Part shown: positions 14,200-16,141 of the stretch, piece by piece
Layout: each line of letters starts with the position of its first letter
Numbering within the stretch: position 1 is the first letter of the stretch
NCBI GenBank assembly: GCA_031367385.1
Contig: JANLPS010000366.1
Span: forward strand, 1 to 16,141
Reading direction: 5' to 3'
From: Archangium sp.
GTDB taxonomy: Bacteria > Myxococcota > Myxococcia > Myxococcales > Myxococcaceae
Length of the DNA: 16,141 bases
Made by a program: the position numbers and the translations under genes
Notes under the pieces: generated by a model
Databases searched by the model: none
Told to the model about the DNA's origin: nothing
The model's input: only the letters and a program-made list of their open reading frames with translations

Positions 14200-15555
14200 T
14201 CAGCGCACGCGCTCTTTCGGCTCGCCGCGTCGCGCAAGAACCTCGAGCAGACCGTCAAAAGCGTCACGCATCGCCCATGCTTTCGCATCAGCGCTGCCCG
14301 CTGCGTTCGCTTTTGTCACCCCATCGTTCAGCGCCTTTTTCACGCCCGGGCACTTGGGCACGGTGCGGTTCAGCTCGAGCGCCGCGCCCTGGTAGACGCG
14401 AAAACACGCCTCGACGTTGCCCTTGTTGAACAGCGGAGCCCCAAGCTCAATCGCCGAAGCGATGCCGTCTTCGACGCGCTTGAGGGCTTCGTCGCTGCAG
14501 GTCGCGATCAGCGAGAGCTCGTGGTGCGGCACGGCCCGTACGACCTTGGCCGCGGGGTCTGCGGCGGCTCCCAGCTCGCTTCGCTCGAGCACGTCGATGA
14601 GCCCATCGAAGGCATCGCGCAAGGCCCAGGCTTTCGCGGTCGCACCGGTCTTGCCTTCAGCGACCTTGAGGCCGTCTTTGAGCGCACCGCGGGCGTTCGC
14701 GCAGGCTGGCATCGAGCGGTCGAGCTCGAGAATCGTCGACTCGTAGATGCGATAGCAGGCCTCGTGGTTGCCCTCGTTGTACAGCGGGGCTCCCAATTCG
14801 ATCGCTTCACCGATGGCGCGAAGCAGTTGGCGCCGCTCGGCGTTCGCGCAGTCGCCCAGCAGCGAGAGCGCATGGTGGGGCACGTCGCGGCGAATGCCTG
14901 GCTGCACGGCGTCGGCGAGGTCGGCGAGCGGCAGCGGCTGCTCCTTCGCGGCGAGCAGCTGCTTCACGTAGTTGATCGGCATGCCGAAGTTGAGGTTCTG
15001 GCCGCCGGTGGAGACCAGCGTCGAGACGCCGATGACGTCTCCGTGCTCTTCGAGCAGCGGGCCGCCCGACGAGCCAGGCGAAATCGGCGCCGAGACCTGC
15101 AACAGCTGGAGGCCTTTCTCGACCTCGCGCACCGCGCTGACCAGGCCGTTGCTGACCGTGTTGCCCAAGCCCAGCGGGTGCCCGATGGCGATGACCGGTT
15201 GACCCGGCTTGACCTTGTCGCTGTCTCCGAGCGCGAGCACGGGCAAGTTCTTGGCGGCGATGTGCAGCACGACGAGGTCGTGATCGCGATCGAGCGCCAC
15301 GATCTCGATGACCTCGTAGTCTTTCTTGTCGAGGGAGACGGTCGCTGCGCGCACGCCGGCGATGACGTGGTAGTTGGTCAAGATTCGGCCGTCGGCGCGT
15401 ACGACGAAGCCGGTGCCGAGGCGGTCACTGCCGCGAATCAACGCAATGGAGGGGATGGTGCGCTCGGCGATCTGCTGCGGCGTGAGCACCGGCCGGGGCT
15501 TGGCGTTCGCGGTCAGCGCGAGCAGGCACAGCAGAACCGTGACGAGGCTTTGCAC
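14200..15555 (-). CDS. Exported trypsin-like (HtrA/S1C-type) serine protease with two tandem C-terminal helical domains
   Basis: Likely start GTG 15555 (signal QSLVTVLLCLLALTANA-K). Motifs GTGF, TNYH (His), HDLVVL (Asp), 'IGHPLGL..TVS.G.VS' and PGSSGG (Ser). No PDZ domain. Confidence 0.9.
   Translation of the reverse strand: MQSLVTVLLCLLALTANAKPRPVLTPQQIAERTIPSIALIRGSDRLGTGFVVRADGRILTNYHVIAGVRAATVSLDKKDYEVIEIVALDRDHDLVVLHIAAKNLPVLALGDSDKVKPGQPVIAIGHPLGLGNTVSNGLVSAVREVEKGLQLLQVSAPISPGSSGGPLLEEHGDVIGVSTLVSTGGQNLNFGMPINYVKQLLAAKEQPLPLADLADAVQPGIRRDVPHHALSLLGDCANAERRQLLRAIGEAIELGAPLYNEGNHEACYRIYESTILELDRSMPACANARGALKDGLKVAEGKTGATAKAWALRDAFDGLIDVLERSELGAAADPAAKVVRAVPHHELSLIATCSDEALKRVEDGIASAIELGAPLFNKGNVEACFRVYQGAALELNRTVPKCPGVKKALNDGVTKANAAGSADAKAWAMRDAFDGLLEVLARRGEPKERVR
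14230..14889 (-). repeat. Intragenic tandem duplication of an approximately 103-aa domain (units about 14581-14889 and 14230-14538; period 351 nt)
   Basis: Both units read VPHH.LSL...C...AIELGAPL(Y/F)N.GN.EAC(Y/F)R.Y....LEL.R..P.C.....AL.DG...A......AKAWA.RDAFDGL..VL.R. Confidence 0.92.
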
Positions 15556-15562
15556 GGTGCTT

Positions 15563-16141
15563 TCAGACGCCATCCAACACCTTGCGCACCTTGGCGGCCA
15601 GCTGCTCAATCGAGAACGGCTTGCCGATTAGCTCGACGCCTGGGTCGACGACGCCATTGTGAACGACGGCGTTGCGCGTGTACCCAGTGGTGAACAACAC
15701 CTTCAAATCGGGTCGACGCAGCAAGGCCGCCTCGGCAAGCCGCGCGCCATTCATCCCCGGCATGACGATGTCGGTGAACATCAGAACGATTTCAGGGTGC
15801 GCATCGAGCACCCGCAGCGCTGCCTCCGCGCCGTCCGCCTCGAGTACGCGGTACCCGAGCTCGACGAGGGCCGCGGTACTGAACTGTCGAACCGCTGGCT
15901 CATCTTCGACCACGAGCACGAGCTCCTGCATGCCCCCGAGCGGCTCGTGCCGGCTGATGGCCACCGAGGCTGCGGCTGCATCGGCTGCGACCAGACGTGG
16001 CAGGTAGATTTTGACCGTCGTGCCTTGCTTGAGCTCGGAGTAGATCTTCACATGCCCACCTGACTGCTTGACGAACCCGTACACCTGGCTCAGGCCGAGA
16101 CCCGTGCCCTTGCCCACGGCCTTGGTCGTGAAGAACGGGTC
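15563..16141 (-). CDS. Hybrid sensor histidine kinase, C-terminal part (HATPase plus receiver); 5' truncated by window
   Basis: Frame is open to the window edge: DPFFTTKAVGKGTGLGLSQVYG (F and G2 boxes). Receiver motifs VLVVEDE, TDIVMPG, TTGY and KPF. Confidence 0.95.
   Translation of the reverse strand, partial: DPFFTTKAVGKGTGLGLSQVYGFVKQSGGHVKIYSELKQGTTVKIYLPRLVAADAAAASVAISRHEPLGGMQELVLVVEDEPAVRQFSTAALVELGYRVLEADGAEAALRVLDAHPEIVLMFTDIVMPGMNGARLAEAALLRRPDLKVLFTTGYTRNAVVHNGVVDPGVELIGKPFSIEQLAAKVRKVLDGV

Noticed and set aside
14179..15693. 504-aa + strand ORF
   Set aside because: Antisense shadow of the protease gene. Long stop-free antisense frames are expected with high GC3, and the translation has no motifs.
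1..16141. CRISPR array, tRNA/rRNA, IS or prophage, known defence system
   Set aside because: I saw no spaced DNA repeats, RNA-gene signatures, transposase/integrase or nuclease effectors. The MoxR-vWA pair is of the housekeeping PA2707 type.

Overview
A high-GC, very densely packed bacterial window of about 18 genes. The gene content (an FHA-sigma54 activator, DAG-linker lipoproteins, DUF1552/DUF1501-type proteins) suggests Myxococcota, which is an inference. In order: the 3' end of a DUF1552-like gene, a secreted Ig-like/beta-propeller protein, an FHA-domain sigma54 enhancer-binding protein, a TSP3-repeat lipoprotein, YceI, a stand-alone cNMP-binding protein and a vWA protein. These are followed by a three-gene exported cassette (CxxCH protein, lipoprotein, Tat-exported DUF1501-like protein) lying on the opposite strand between the vWA gene and its PA2707-type MoxR ATPase. 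The window ends with a bestrophin-like membrane protein, a 2OG-Fe(II) oxygenase, a MepA-LysM endopeptidase, a small hypothetical protein, an SdiA-regulated/YjiK-like propeller, an HtrA-like protease with a duplicated Cys-containing helical domain in place of PDZ, and the 3' end of a hybrid histidine kinase. I saw no RNA genes, CRISPR arrays or mobile elements. The best candidates for an uncharacterised system are the 6449-9310 cassette and the protease's tandem domain. All family assignments come from motif recognition by eye, not from database searches.
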